Shown here: in pieces, positions 55,532 through 64,000 of the stretch
Numbering within the stretch: position 1 is the stretch's first letter
How the letters are laid out: every line of letters begins with the position of its first letter
Sequence record: KJ019086.1
Length of the DNA: 64,000 nucleotides
Reading direction: 5' to 3' (one strand)
Program-made: the position numbers and the translations under genes
Notes under the pieces: model-generated
Seen by the model: only the letters and a program-made list of their open reading frames with translations
Told to the model about the DNA's origin: nothing
Databases searched by the model: none

Positions 55532-56020
55532 ATGCCTATCAATAAAGAGTATTATGATAAATGGTATGGGATATGGAGTTCCCAATCAGAAGATGTATTG
55601 GAAGTTACTGCCTTAGTTAGAGCTATTGAATGTACTAATGGGTGTATTCAGTGGGCGTTTAGGGACGATGATGACAGGTCACTACCCATTGAGAAGACCA
55701 GAGAGGCTATGAAACTCTCCATGGGTGTGATGAAGAATAAGGTTTTACCATTCCCTGATGGTGGGAAGTTTGTTATCCCAGAGGATGTAGTTCCCCTCAT
55801 GGATAAGTCCAGAGATATTTACATTAGAGGATTCAAACAAGGTGATGAGGATGCCTACCAAGAGTTTATGGCACTATCCAAGTCACACTTTGTTGTAATG
55901 GGTAGAGAGAGGATGGATAGAAACTTCCAGAAGGTGAAGGATCATTTCATAGATGTGTTTAGTGACTACTGGATTGAGATGGGTAGGGGATATGTTTATG
56001 CCCTTGGGGAGTATGTATAA
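55532..56020 (+). CDS. hypothetical protein
   Basis: 162-aa ORF. Confidence 0.75.
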   Translation: MPINKEYYDKWYGIWSSQSEDVLEVTALVRAIECTNGCIQWAFRDDDDRSLPIEKTREAMKLSMGVMKNKVLPFPDGGKFVIPEDVVPLMDKSRDIYIRGFKQGDEDAYQEFMALSKSHFVVMGRERMDRNFQKVKDHFIDVFSDYWIEMGRGYVYALGEYV

Positions 56021-56023
56021 ATA
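56016..56023 (+). promoter_or_regulatory. T4 late promoter TATAAATA
   Basis: Exact motif. Confidence 0.6.
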
Positions 56024-56044
56024 TCTGGTATCGCTTCTCCTCCA

Positions 56045-56236
56045 ATGGACGAAAATAGTGCATCACGTATTTTAGATTCAGCAGGAAAAGGTGGGCATGT
56101 TAATCCTACCGCCCTGGCTGTTACCATACGTGCCGCAGTGAAGGAATGTCTAGACCATAATGGTATGGTTAGTATGTCATCCCTCTACGAACTCAGTTGT
56201 CAGTTGGAAAAGAAGGGAAAAGAGTGGTATGATTAG
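56045..56236 (+). CDS. hypothetical protein
   Basis: 63-aa ORF. Confidence 0.6.
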   Translation: MDENSASRILDSAGKGGHVNPTALAVTIRAAVKECLDHNGMVSMSSLYELSCQLEKKGKEWYD

Positions 56237-56256
56237 TAAACTTATTTGGTGATGTC

Positions 56257-56457
56257 ATGAGTGAAAAACTTTGGGTGAAGATGGCGGAAGTATTCTACAA
56301 TAAGGATGCCGAGACCGCAGAGCGAATGGGAGTTGAGAACTTCTTCAATAAAGCAGCATCTAGAATGATTGCAGTTGTTGCTGAGAGTATTGATGGGGAG
56401 GAGAGACTATACCTAGAAGAGCAATCCAAAATAGCAGAGGCTGAGCAACGAGTATGA
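56257..56457 (+). CDS. hypothetical protein
   Basis: 66-aa ORF; ATGA overlap. Confidence 0.65.
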   Translation: MSEKLWVKMAEVFYNKDAETAERMGVENFFNKAASRMIAVVAESIDGEERLYLEEQSKIAEAEQRV

Positions 56458-56681
56458 ACACTTACTATGTGATAGTATACACACTAGTATTCTTTGTTGG
56501 TGTGTGTATTATTGAACCCAACCTACTCAAGTGGATAGAACTCCAGTTTAAGTGGGCAGGTATAAACGTTAGAAGAGCTATACTTATCGTTCAATTTCAT
56601 CCACGTAACTTTGTTACCAACTGGATAATTCGTAGGAAGTTTCAGAAGATTATCAGAGAACATAGTCAACCTAAAGAGTAG
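56454..56681 (+). CDS. membrane hypothetical protein
   Basis: N-terminal TM helix; HPRN.V.NW.I.RK. Confidence 0.7.
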   Translation: MNTYYVIVYTLVFFVGVCIIEPNLLKWIELQFKWAGINVRRAILIVQFHPRNFVTNWIIRRKFQKIIREHSQPKE

Positions 56682-56690
56682 GAGTTAGTT

Positions 56691-56867
56691 GTGATTGAGA
56701 CTTTGGCATTTGTTTTCCTTTCATGCCAAGATGCACGTCAGGTTGCAGATCGTGCAATGAATACTGAGAGTATTACCAAAGAAGTAGCCATAGAAGTTAT
56801 TATTGAACTTGATATAGCTTCTGGCGGCAAATGTAACTTACCTGGAATAACTGATGGGCATGTTTGA
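56691..56867 (+). CDS. small hypothetical protein (58 aa, GTG start)
   Basis: AGGAG RBS; LSCQDA...R...C pattern. Confidence 0.55.
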   Translation: MIETLAFVFLSCQDARQVADRAMNTESITKEVAIEVIIELDIASGGKCNLPGITDGHV

Positions 56868-57243
56868 TACTATAAGATGCTCCTATGATATTGGAGAACT
56901 AACTGATGTAGAATGTCAGTCTAAGAATATAGATGATTGGGGAGGCACTATGTCTTTCTATTGGGTAGATCCTAATGGGAGGTTGTGGTCTCCCAGTTAT
57001 GCTGGAACCTATGACTTTGTTCCTGAAGAGGGACCCTTCCCTGAGCTCGGAAAGGGGAAGCTTAGTCATGTACAATATTTGGGTACTACACCTAATGGAA
57101 CTCATGGGAAGTATCAGTTCGTATCTATGACAAGATGTATAGAGATATATGATACAAAAACACATGCAGATGGGTATGTAGAGTTTGTGACATGTTATTT
57201 GTCATTCTACCAAGGACTACTGAGAGATTACTTTTATAAATAA
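56854..57243 (+). CDS. conserved phage hypothetical protein
   Basis: MGMFDTIRCSYD...CQSKNI...YWVDPNG.L. Confidence 0.8.
   Translation: MGMFDTIRCSYDIGELTDVECQSKNIDDWGGTMSFYWVDPNGRLWSPSYAGTYDFVPEEGPFPELGKGKLSHVQYLGTTPNGTHGKYQFVSMTRCIEIYDTKTHADGYVEFVTCYLSFYQGLLRDYFYK
57235..57242 (+). promoter_or_regulatory. T4 late promoter TATAAATA
   Basis: Exact motif. Confidence 0.7.
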
Positions 57244-57268
57244 GTCCATATAGAGTTGTTTTTAACCA

Positions 57269-58759
57269 ATGGATCTCCAATCATATATCCAACTTAAAGA
57301 GGCGTATACCAACGTCCACTCCCCAAAGGTAGAAGTCACTACAGAGGAAGTTGATGCTTTCATTGATGCCTTATTGGAAGAAGGATACGATCTAAGTGAG
57401 TTTACTTGGGAAGAAGTCCGTGATGCTTACCTAGAAGAGGGTATTGCTAATAATCCTCGTTATGGAGTTATTGGTCAAGGTGCAAGACTTCTTCAGAAAG
57501 GTTTTGGTAACAAACAACAGGGAGATGCTGCTAGGGATTATGAGACATCTGTAAATAATATTAATAGTCGTAGAAATCAAAATTCTAGTACATCAACTGC
57601 AACTGCTAACGAGATTGCAGCAGAAACCAAAGGTAGGAAAGCTCAGACAGGTGGTGGATCTAGTTCTAGTGGATCAGGTGGATCAGGTGGATCAGGTGGA
57701 TCAAGTCTCTCTGATTCTGTTGCTAGAAAACAGAAAGAGGCTGATGCCAAACGCGCAAGACAAAGGGAGACTGGTGGAACTGGAGCCACCGACAATAAGC
57801 CCGCTGGTGGTTCTGGCGGTTCTGGCGGTTCTGGTGGCTCCGGTGGCTCCGGTGGCTCTGGTGGATCCGGTGGCGGCAGTAATAGACCAGTAGCAAAGGC
57901 TAAGCCAGTACAGACAGCACAACAGAAGGCAGACTCTTCTACTAACGCACAGTATGACAAGTTGAGGAAGTCTGATCCAGCTGCCGCTAAGAAGTTTGGT
58001 ATGGCTGCATCACAGAAGAAGTTTGGTAATCAACTAAAGCCAAAGACTCCAAATCCATTGATGAGGGGTATGAATACTGCTTCTACTAAGCCAGCAACTA
58101 CTCCCAAACCAGCAACTACTCCTAAGCCAACAACTCCAGTAGCAGACTCATCTCCTGTTAGGGCAATGAGTAAGACTACCCCCACACCAGCTGCCTCCAA
58201 GCCAAAGGCAACACCTATCAAGTCAAGTCGCCTAAACAAGGCACTATCCAGTGTTGGTGAAGCAGTGGAATTTGATTCCTTTGATATCATCCTAGAATAC
58301 CTAGTTGATTCTGGTTTCCCACAACAGGAAGCTCTCGTCATCATGGCGGAAATGCCTGAAGAGAAACGCGAAGAGATTCTCGAAGCTATGAAGCATCGTG
58401 ACGCCAAGACTGGTGAAGTCACAGACAAGCCTGAAATTGGCAAGACATACTACCCCCATGGTGAGCGTCAGAAGTCTTCTGTAGCTCTTCGCAAAGAGAA
58501 GGAGAGGGCAGATGCTAAAAAGAAATCAGTGAAGGAGGATAGAGCTTCCCTCGCAGATGCCTATCGGGCAGTTTATTCTGAGGAAGCTTCCGATACTAAA
58601 AAGGATAAGCACCTAGAGCGTGGTGGTCACTCTGCTAAGACTGACTATAGTAAGCCACCTTCTACTGGTAACACCTTCGGTAAGAAGCCATCTATGAGTG
58701 AGGAAGATCGTAGTGAGGCTATGGCTAAGATTGTGGCTAGAATGAAAGGTAAGAAATAA
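57269..58759 (+). CDS. low-complexity late protein, probable internal head protein
   Basis: LKEAY..VH, LLEEGYDLSEFTWEE, FDIILEYL and L.DAYRAVY.EE motifs; GGS and KPATTP repeats. Confidence 0.7.
   Translation: MDLQSYIQLKEAYTNVHSPKVEVTTEEVDAFIDALLEEGYDLSEFTWEEVRDAYLEEGIANNPRYGVIGQGARLLQKGFGNKQQGDAARDYETSVNNINSRRNQNSSTSTATANEIAAETKGRKAQTGGGSSSSGSGGSGGSGGSSLSDSVARKQKEADAKRARQRETGGTGATDNKPAGGSGGSGGSGGSGGSGGSGGSGGGSNRPVAKAKPVQTAQQKADSSTNAQYDKLRKSDPAAAKKFGMAASQKKFGNQLKPKTPNPLMRGMNTASTKPATTPKPATTPKPTTPVADSSPVRAMSKTTPTPAASKPKATPIKSSRLNKALSSVGEAVEFDSFDIILEYLVDSGFPQQEALVIMAEMPEEKREEILEAMKHRDAKTGEVTDKPEIGKTYYPHGERQKSSVALRKEKERADAKKKSVKEDRASLADAYRAVYSEEASDTKKDKHLERGGHSAKTDYSKPPSTGNTFGKKPSMSEEDRSEAMAKIVARMKGKK
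57651..57878 (+). repeat. in-frame 9-nt GGS tandem repeats (GGTGGATCA x3; GGT/CGGTTCT and GGTGGCTCC runs)
   Basis: Read directly within ORF 57269. Confidence 0.85.
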
Positions 58760-58773
58760 TAGTGTTATAATAA

Positions 58774-58802
58774 CCCCATAGGTCCATTCCCATGGGGTTT
58801 TT
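58774..58802 (+). terminator. intrinsic terminator
   Basis: CCCCAT.GG/CCCATGGGG plus T tract. Confidence 0.65.
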
Positions 58803-58837
58803 TGTTATGAATACATAAAACTAGATGGACTTACTCC

Positions 58838-59212
58838 ATGAATACATATGGTTCTCCCGAAGGTTATCTCTTTAACCTTCATACCTGCTCAGCATCAGAA
58901 GCGAAGCGAATGTGGAAAGAATCTATAAAGAATGATTGGAAACATAAATGTGCTTATTGTGGATCGGAACATGAAATTACTTTAGATCATATAGTACCCA
59001 AAGCGAAAGGGGGTACTAGTCATACAACCAATGTCGTAGCTTGTTGTCGTTCTTGTAACGGGAGTAAGGCATATGAGGATTGGATTATCTGGTATATTCA
59101 ACAGCCATTCTTCACTGAAGAGAGGAGGGAGGCTATTGAAAAGTGGATGGAGAAGGGCCTCCTCAACAATAACTTAGTTGCATATCCACCCAGAAGAAAT
59201 GTCGTTTATTGA
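58838..59212 (+). CDS. HNH endonuclease
   Basis: CAYCG...TLDHIVPKAKGG...NVVACCRSCNGSK. Confidence 0.92.
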   Translation: MNTYGSPEGYLFNLHTCSASEAKRMWKESIKNDWKHKCAYCGSEHEITLDHIVPKAKGGTSHTTNVVACCRSCNGSKAYEDWIIWYIQQPFFTEERREAIEKWMEKGLLNNNLVAYPPRRNVVY

Positions 59213-59218
59213 GTCTTT

Positions 59219-59347
59219 ATGGATTCCTATCACCCGTCTAGGGCAGATCAAGAACTAGAACTAGAACAGCAAGAACTAAAAACAATCATAGGAGGATCTA
59301 TACTATCCTTCTTCACTGTACTTATACCTTTTATTATACTTCTCTAA
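59219..59347 (+). CDS. small membrane peptide (42 aa)
   Basis: Translated by hand; C-terminal TM helix. Confidence 0.45.
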   Translation: MDSYHPSRADQELELEQQELKTIIGGSILSFFTVLIPFIILL

Positions 59348-59366
59348 AACCTTTCAGTTCAGGCGA

Positions 59367-59374
59367 TATAAATA
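59367..59374 (+). promoter_or_regulatory. T4 late promoter TATAAATA
   Basis: Exact motif upstream of the giant ORF. Confidence 0.75.
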
Positions 59375-59428
59375 AACCTAAGAAGAGTATATGCGTTCTT
59401 CGTCGGATAGCCTGAATCGACAAAAGAG

Positions 59429-62400
59429 ATGATCTCAACAGCGACTAAGATTAAATTTAAAAGGTCTGGTGTAGCCGGACGTAGACCCTCCTTAGCTGAT
59501 CTTCAGTTAGGTGAATTGGGGATCAATTATAACGATGGTAAACTATTTTTCCGACAGGAAAATGAAGTAGTTGGCTCTCGTATCATTGAACCTGGACAGG
59601 GTGATGTAATCGGTAAGACTATTTTCGTATCCACAAAGGGTAACGATAACAATAGTGGTCTTAACGAAAGAGATGCCAAGAGAACTGTTAAAGCGGCCGC
59701 CGCAGTAGCAGAACCTGGTGACTCCATCAAACTGTATCCAGGTCAGTACATCGAAGATAACCCTATCGTATTTAAGGATAGGGTATCTGTAGAGGGTATG
59801 GAGCTTCGTAACGTTCTCGTTACTCCAGCCAACCCCAGTAAAGACTTGTATCAAGTTGGTGAGGCGTTCCACGCTACCAACCATTCCTTTGTGTCCAATA
59901 GGGATTCAACAGATGGTGCCTCTATTATCACCTATCGTCCTCTAGAGGGAACTGCGTCTGACAGGTATTTTGACGCGGCTAGACTCATCAGGGACAATCT
60001 TAGCTTCATTGCTAACGAGACAGTAGGTTTCCTAACCAGTGGATATTCAGGCTTTGCCGCTGGTCAGAGATCACAGGACGCTGCTCGTGCTCTAGAACTA
60101 AACAAGAACTTCATAGTAGAAGAAGCATTTCAATATATCAACTCTCCTGATTATACAGGAGCCACATACTTCAACCCAGACCCAGCACAGTGTAAGAGAG
60201 ACCTAGGAAATATCATTGATGGTTGGAGATATGATCTCATCTCTGATGGTAACACCAGATCTACTGGTCTTGGTCTAACCTACTACGCACCTATTCCCTT
60301 TGTGAATAGTGCTAATGTTGCTGACCTTGTATACAACAGAAATAACGGTGATGTTCTAATTGAAACCGACGTAGATACACAGGTTTCAGTTGGTGAGAAG
60401 ATCAAACTACAGGATATCAGACTAGAGTGTGGTTCCTACAATAACGACTTCTTTATCACTGGTTTCAAGTATGATAACACCAGTGGTATTGGAACAGTTA
60501 ATCTACCCTTTATCCATAACGTCAAGGTTGGAGACCTTGTTAAGTTTGATGGTTTAGAGTTTGATTGTCCTGCCTATGGTGCCATTGAGTATGGTATCCA
60601 GGACTTCAAGTATAATGAAACTACTGGTGGAAGTGTTGTCACACTCACCAGAGATCACGATCTAAAGATTGGTGACACCATTGAACTAAGAGATCTTCAG
60701 TTCGATTGTCCCGCCTATGGTGGTGACTTCACTAATATCATCAACCTAGAATACAATAAGACCAGTGGTCAGGGTGTTATCACCTATGACAAACCCGCTG
60801 ATCTCAAGTCTGGTGACGTTGTTATCCTCTATGACCTCACACTAACTTGTGATGCTTATGGTAACGCTATCTCAGTTACTGATTTCTCTTATGATAACTT
60901 CACTGGTATCACTGAAGTAGAAGTAAATAGACCCCACAACCTCCGTCCCGGAGACCTAATCAAACTAGAGAACCTTAAGTTCTCTTGTGATTCCTACCTT
61001 AATGAAACATACAAGGTCTCTAACTTTGTATATAATGAGAGCACTGGTGATAGTGTCCTCACCCTAACTGAACCACATAGTTTAGTTGCTGGTAAGAACG
61101 TCAGACTTGCTGACCTAGTTTTCTCCTGTAACTCCTATGTTCCAACCGCTAAAGCAATCTCTGATTTCCAGTATGATGAAGTAGTTGGTATCTCTACTAT
61201 TACTCTAGCATCTCCACACAACTTATCAGTTGGTGAGCAGTTCAGACTAGAGGATTTAGTATTCTCCTGTAACTCATATTCCTTCACTGATATTCCTATC
61301 ATTGATGCACCATATGATAATGTAACTGGTTATGTAACCCTATCGTTCTCTGGTGACCACGGACAACAGGTTGGTGAGAGAGTAAGACTCAGAGATATTG
61401 AGTACTCCTGCCCTGGTGGTTCAGGTATCACTACAACCTTGTTCCCCGATGGAACCTTTGGTTATGAGTTTGAAATCCTAAGTGTTCCAAACACTAAGAA
61501 GATGATTCTTAATGTTGGCACCTCCACTATTGAACACTCCTATGTGAGTGGTGGTACTGCTACCGTTGGTATTACAACTACTATCTTCCCTGATGGAACA
61601 CAAGGTTTCGACTTCAATGTATCCAGTGTTAATAGTTCCACTGTTATCGAAGCAAGTGTTGGTATTTCTACCATCGCTCACAACTATGTTTCTGGTGGAT
61701 CATTATTCGTTGGTTTCACTACCACAGTATTCCCCGATGGAACACAAGGTGATACCTTCAGAGTTAATTCTATTCCTTCTAGCACTCAAATCAGTGTTAA
61801 TGTTGGTGTATCTTCTATCGCCCATACTTTCGTATCCGGTGGTACAGCAACTGACCTAGACTCTTTCATCCCTGTATCTGGTTTCACCTACAATGAAGGT
61901 GACGGAACTGGACTAGTATCCCTAGACAAGGCACACAACCTAGTGGTTGGTGACTCTTTTGTTCTAGAGGATCTTAAGTTCAACTGTAACTCCTACAGAA
62001 CAGGTGGTACTTCTACTATTGATATCACTAACTTTGAGTATGATAAGGTAACCGGACTATCTACAGTCACACTATCTTCTTCACACAACCTACATGTTAA
62101 TGATACCGTAGCACTATATGATATCAAGTTCTCTTGTCCTGGTGGTTCAGGTATTACAACTAATATCTTCCCCGATGGAACCAGAGACAACTTCTATGAT
62201 GTAGTTGCTGACCTAAACCCCAACCAGATTATTGTTCGTGTTGGTAAGTCTGACATTACTCACACATACGCTAGTGGTGGTAGTCTATCCGTTGGTATCA
62301 CTACTAACATCTTCCCTGATGGAACTAGACCTTCTGGTGACTTCTTCCAGGTCATCTCTGTCCCTTCTACCAAGTCTGTTCTAACTCAGGTTGGTCTATC

Positions 62401-64000
62401 CTCTATCGCCCACTCATACGCAAGTGGTGGTAAGTTCTACACTGGTATCACTACTAATGTATTCCCACAGGTATTCACTGACCCCAACATCAAGGTAACC
62501 AACGCTGTATATGATGAAGTATCTGGTGTTATCACCATTACTACTAACAAGGCACACGGACTCACTGCTACGGCACCTGTTCTACTACAAGACCTAAACT
62601 TCTCTTGCCTCTCTGGTGGTGTAGGAAACACCCCAGGCAACCTTGTGTTCCCCAGGAACCAGGAAGTTTATGATGTTGTGTCCGTTCTATCTACTACACA
62701 ATATACGATCAATGTAGGTCCTTCTGACTTCGCTCACGCATATGTTGATGGTGGTACTTCTACCACACAGAACATCACTAAGGCATCCTACAACAAAGGA
62801 ACTGGTGATCTAACAGTAACCCTAGACAAGCAACACGGTTATTCAGTTGGTGATCGTGCTAGTGTGGTTGATCTCCTCTTCTCCTGTCAGTCTGGTGGTC
62901 CTAACAACCAACCTGGAACACTTCTATTCCCTCGTCCTACTGATGAGTATGAAGTTCTATCCGCAAGTGGTAAGACACTCACAGTTAATGTTGGAGCGTT
63001 CCCATCACTAGTTCATACCTATAAGAATGGTGGATCACTAACCTATAGTTCTACTGTACTTCCTGTAAGTAACGCAGTTTATGATCAATCAACTGGAGTT
63101 CTAACACTTACCACATCAATTGCACTAGGGGCACCTGTTGGTTCTACCATTAAGATGCAGGGTCTAAACTTCTCCTGTGCCTCTGGTGGTCCTGGTAATG
63201 ACGCTGGTGCTATTGTATTCCCAAGACTAGACACCCCTACCTTCAAGGTGAAGGAAGTCAAGAGTGGTGTATCCTATGTTATCAATGTAGGAACCTCCAC
63301 ACTCTCACACACCTATACTTCTGGTGGTTTCTCATCACTCAAGAAGTTGAAGAACGACCCCAATATTTTCAAAGTTATCGACACCCCAACACCTAGTAAG
63401 GTTATTACTAATGTCGGTGTATCCTCTATCGCCCATGACTATGTGAGTGGTGGTAATATGTTCGTGGGTATCACCACTAATGTATTCCCTGATGGAACTC
63501 GCCCTGATGGAAGTAGGTTCGAAGTTATCTCCGCCCTATCACCCAACCAGGCACTCATCAACATCGGTGTTTCTACTATCACCCACAACTACGATAGTGG
63601 TGGTAGGATGCAGTATGGCACTACCAATGAGAGACCTGTTCTAGACTTCCTATATGATGGTCAGACTGGTATTTCCACTGTAACCATCAGAGGAACCCAT
63701 GGTTTGTCACAGGGTGACCTAGTGAAACTCAAAGGTCTTGAGTTCTCTTGCACCAACTCACCTGGTATTACAACTACTATCTTCCCAGATGGAACTGCCG
63801 CTGGTCTCAATATCTACAAGGTTACTGAGATTATTAGTAACAGTACCTTCAAGACAAATGTAGGTAGAGTTGGATTCGATCATACTTACATCCAAGGTGG
63901 TTCCGCTTTCGTTGGTATCACTACTAACATCTTCCCAGATGGAACACAAGGTTACAACTATACAGTTGCCGCCATTCCTAATAAGAATCAGGTAACAGTT
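59429..64000 (+). CDS. giant virion structural/fibre protein, 3' truncated (more than 1520 aa; missing from the ORF track)
   Basis: MISTATKIKFKRSGVAGRRP...LGELGINYNDGKLF N-terminus; FVSTKGND..SG...AKRTVKAA pectin-lyase-like entry; frame is open at the segments I translated, including the last base. Confidence 0.85.
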   Translation, partial: MISTATKIKFKRSGVAGRRPSLADLQLGELGINYNDGKLFFRQENEVVGSRIIEPGQGDVIGKTIFVSTKGNDNNSGLNERDAKRTVKAAAAVAEPGDSIKLYPGQYIEDNPIVFKDRVSVEGMELRNVLVTPANPSKDLYQVGEAFHATNHSFVSNRDSTDGASIITYRPLEGTASDRYFDAARLIRDNLSFIANETVGFLTSGYSGFAAGQRSQDAARALELNKNFIVEEAFQYINSPDYTGATYFNPDPAQCKRDLGNIIDGWRYDLISDGNTRSTGLGLTYYAPIPFVNSANVADLVYNRNNGDVLIETDVDTQVSVGEKIKLQDIRLECGSYNNDFFITGFKYDNTSGIGTVNLPFIHNVKVGDLVKFDGLEFDCPAYGAIEYGIQDFKYNETTGGSVVTLTRDHDLKIGDTIELRDLQFDCPAYGGDFTNIINLEYNKTSGQGVITYDKPADLKSGDVVILYDLTLTCDAYGNAISVTDFSYDNFTGITEVEVNRPHNLRPGDLIKLENLKFSCDSYLNETYKVSNFVYNESTGDSVLTLTEPHSLVAGKNVRLADLVFSCNSYVPTAKAISDFQYDEVVGISTITLASPHNLSVGEQFRLEDLVFSCNSYSFTDIPIIDAPYDNVTGYVTLSFSGDHGQQVGERVRLRDIEYSCPGGSGITTTLFPDGTFGYEFEILSVPNTKKMILNVGTSTIEHSYVSGGTATVGITTTIFPDGTQGFDFNVSSVNSSTVIEASVGISTIAHNYVSGGSLFVGFTTTVFPDGTQGDTFRVNSIPSSTQISVNVGVSSIAHTFVSGGTATDLDSFIPVSGFTYNEGDGTGLVSLDKAHNLVVGDSFVLEDLKFNCNSYRTGGTSTIDITNFEYDKVTGLSTVTLSSSHNLHVNDTVALYDIKFSCPGGSGITTNIFPDGTRDNFYDVVADLNPNQIIVRVGKSDITHTYASGGSLSVGITTNIFPDGTRPSGDFFQVISVPSTKSVLTQVGLSSIAHSYASGGKFYTGITTNVFPQVFTDPNIKVTNAVYDEVSGVITITTNKAHGLTATAPVLLQDLNFSCLSGGVGNTPGNLVFPRNQEVYDVVSVLSTTQYTINVGPSDFAHAYVDGGTSTTQNITKASYNKGTGDLTVTLDKQHGYSVGDRASVVDLLFSCQSGGPNNQPGTLLFPRPTDEYEVLSASGKTLTVNVGAFPSLVHTYKNGGSLTYSSTVLPVSNAVYDQSTGVLTLTTSIALGAPVGSTIKMQGLNFSCASGGPGNDAGAIVFPRLDTPTFKVKEVKSGVSYVINVGTSTLSHTYTSGGFSSLKKLKNDPNIFKVIDTPTPSKVITNVGVSSIAHDYVSGGNMFVGITTNVFPDGTRPDGSRFEVISALSPNQALINIGVSTITHNYDSGGRMQYGTTNERPVLDFLYDGQTGISTVTIRGTHGLSQGDLVKLKGLEFSCTNSPGITTTIFPDGTAAGLNIYKVTEIISNSTFKTNVGRVGFDHTYIQGGSAFVGITTNIFPDGTQGYNYTVAAIPNKNQVTV
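60330..64000 (+). repeat. degenerate internal protein repeats (F.Y...TG...H.L..GD...L.DL.FSC and GITTNIFPDGT units)
   Basis: GITT..FP starts at 61424, 61568, 61712, 62150, 62294 and 62444, with further copies near 63467, 63765 and 63914; the 144-nt spacing recurs. Confidence 0.85.

Noticed and set aside
57651-57878. Tandem repeats as CRISPR or a non-coding VNTR
   Set aside because: They are 9-nt in-frame Gly-Gly-Ser codon repeats without spacers; no CRISPR array was seen anywhere in the window.
735-63949. Most alternative-frame and minus-strand ORFs in the track (e.g. 735-1058, 23585-23998, 46042-46467, 49646-49975, 59527-59884, 61478-63949)
   Set aside because: They overlap well-supported + strand genes, lack motifs, and are shadow ORFs.
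61400-64000. Regularly spaced ~30-nt DNA repeats as a CRISPR or DGR array
   Set aside because: The repeats vary at third codon positions and encode GITTNIFPDGT in a continuous ORF; there is no cas or reverse transcriptase gene in the window.

Overview
This is a 64-kb segment of a T4-like cyanomyovirus (Kyanoviridae-type), probably infecting marine Synechococcus. Almost all genes are on the + strand. Core replication and metabolism genes: C-terminus of gp43 DNA polymerase, uvsX, gp41 helicase, mazG, gp61 primase, nrdA/nrdB and a denA-like GIY-YIG nuclease. Auxiliary metabolic genes: psbA, psbD, two hli, petF, cpeT, talC, def and several 2OG-Fe(II) oxygenases. It also holds tRNA-Arg(TCT), tRNA-Asn(GTT), two lytic enzymes, a tail-fibre cassette, and the first 4.6 kb of a giant repeat-rich virion protein that runs off the window end. 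Four accessory blocks stand out. (1) A nuclease/methyltransferase island at about 6.9-17 kb: a PD-(D/E)xK-like protein plus Dam; a 953-aa protein with a capsid-targeting-like N-terminus and an HNH-like motif; an SPPY MTase; two tandem half-MTases that start at NPPY and share a 23-nt repeat; an HNH homing nuclease; a second Dam; and a divergent sigma70 factor. (2) A 10-kb glycan operon at 35.2-45.2 kb whose PLP enzyme has His in place of the catalytic Lys (ColD-type). This implies GDP-colitose synthesis, coupled to GT11, GT6, GT8-like, GT32-like and GT25 transferases, two sulfotransferases and a methyltransferase. (3) A type IV pilin plus a pilin-like gene at 52.5-53.5 kb. (4) Several structured non-coding RNAs: manA-like, wcaG-like and PhotoRC-II-like candidates, an orphan sRNA, and a possible attenuator before mazG. 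All family assignments come from motifs read by eye; no database searches were run.
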